Shown in pieces: positions 63,088 to 64,000 of a stretch of 64,000 nucleotides of DNA. Under the pieces are notes generated by a model. The model was not told the origin of the DNA, ran no database searches, and saw nothing but the letters and a program-made list of their open reading frames with translations. Numbering within the stretch: position 1 is the first letter of the stretch; each line of letters begins with the position of its first letter. This DNA comes from Negaprion brevirostris (Eukaryota). The stretch spans positions 20,213,825-20,277,824 of the forward strand of contig JARDVH010000124.1 of NCBI GenBank assembly GCA_030324005.1, in the 5' to 3' direction. The position numbers and the translations under genes are program-made.

Positions 63088-63392
63088 TCCTGGCCAAACA
63101 AGATCACCAACTGAGACTTACATGCAAGAACTGTTTGTTAAAGTATTAAAAATGAGATCAAACATCGATGACTCTGCTGGCTTGGCCAGAATGCTATCAC
63201 AAAGAACAGCCCAACTGGCCCTCAAATGAACAGTACCAGGGAAGAAAAAGGCAGGCAGGTCAAAGACAACCTGACGCAGAATTGTGATAGTCAAGCTAAG
63301 TTAAATGGAGCTCCACTCTCATGGGGTGAAGCACCAAATGTGGCTGAAGATAAGAGCAAGGTGGCATAAGCTCAAGGGAGGAAGAGGCTAAG
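63088..63392 (+). mobile_element. RTE-clade LINE 3' remnant
   Basis: Decayed PNKITN, LCWLG, LALK*TVPGKKKAGRSKTT*RR, WGEAPNVAED, like the RTE C-terminal GKRKRGRPKTTW motif. Confidence 0.6.
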
Positions 63393-64000
63393 ATTCATGA
63401 GGTTACACATAAATAACATAACATTCTTATATTGGGTTATATTACTGGAAAAAAAATGCCGAGATATGAAACGTCATGAACTTCTATTACATTGAATACA
63501 ATTATGAATATTACTGTTACATGACATTACATTCAGCAATTTTTCTTGCCTGAGTCTGCAAAGTTGCATAACAATAATCTGAAAGGTAATAAACTGCAGC
63601 CAAAGGACAAGATGACACCAATACCAATAATCATTTGCCTAAAAGGTGTGTTATCCAGAGATAATATTTTCCAATTACAATGCAAAATTGAGAACTAGTA
63701 CTTATTTAGCTTCCCTCAGTCCACTGAATATGGAAACTCATGGTTGATTGGGCCACAAGCCAACTTAGATTACATGGGCCATTTGCAGAGGTTCATTGAC
63801 TGCCAAGGAAATCAGTGGGGCACTAACTGTTACTGCAAGTTCTAGAATGAACTAAGTACCCGGAAATAGTGGCCGGAGGTATCACAAGCTACGATACTAG
63901 ACACCAGGATTGTTCAAATGGATTACAAGTGTCTTTTCCCATCACGTGCATTCTCACATTGCTACGAATTGGAACACGGGATCAAAATTTCAGTGCAGAG

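Overview
Vertebrate nuclear DNA from a cartilaginous fish (shark; the repeats are HE1-type V-SINEs, CR1/HER1-like LINEs and Deu-domain SINEs). It is a gappy short-read-type assembly. The whole window lies inside one large minus-strand gene, ATRNL1 (attractin-like 1). Eight consecutive internal coding exons (256, 184, 155, 85, 209, 119, 133, 182 bp) splice in frame with canonical GT-AG sites and encode kelch repeats, PSI domains and the start of the C-type lectin domain. The rest is intron, much of it transposon-derived: a decayed full-length Gypsy element with both LTRs, PBS, PPT, a likely TSD and many nested insertions; solo LTRs; CR1, L2, Rex1/Babar and RTE LINE fragments; several SINE families; and Penelope-like remnants. 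The most unusual signal is two families of short foldback elements built from Penelope terminal repeats that carry minimal hammerhead-ribozyme motifs. There is also a closely matched head-to-head SINE hairpin. I found no evidence of a new protein-coding system. Repeat boundaries were read by eye and are approximate, and comparisons with human ATRNL1 and repeat consensus sequences are from memory, not from a search.
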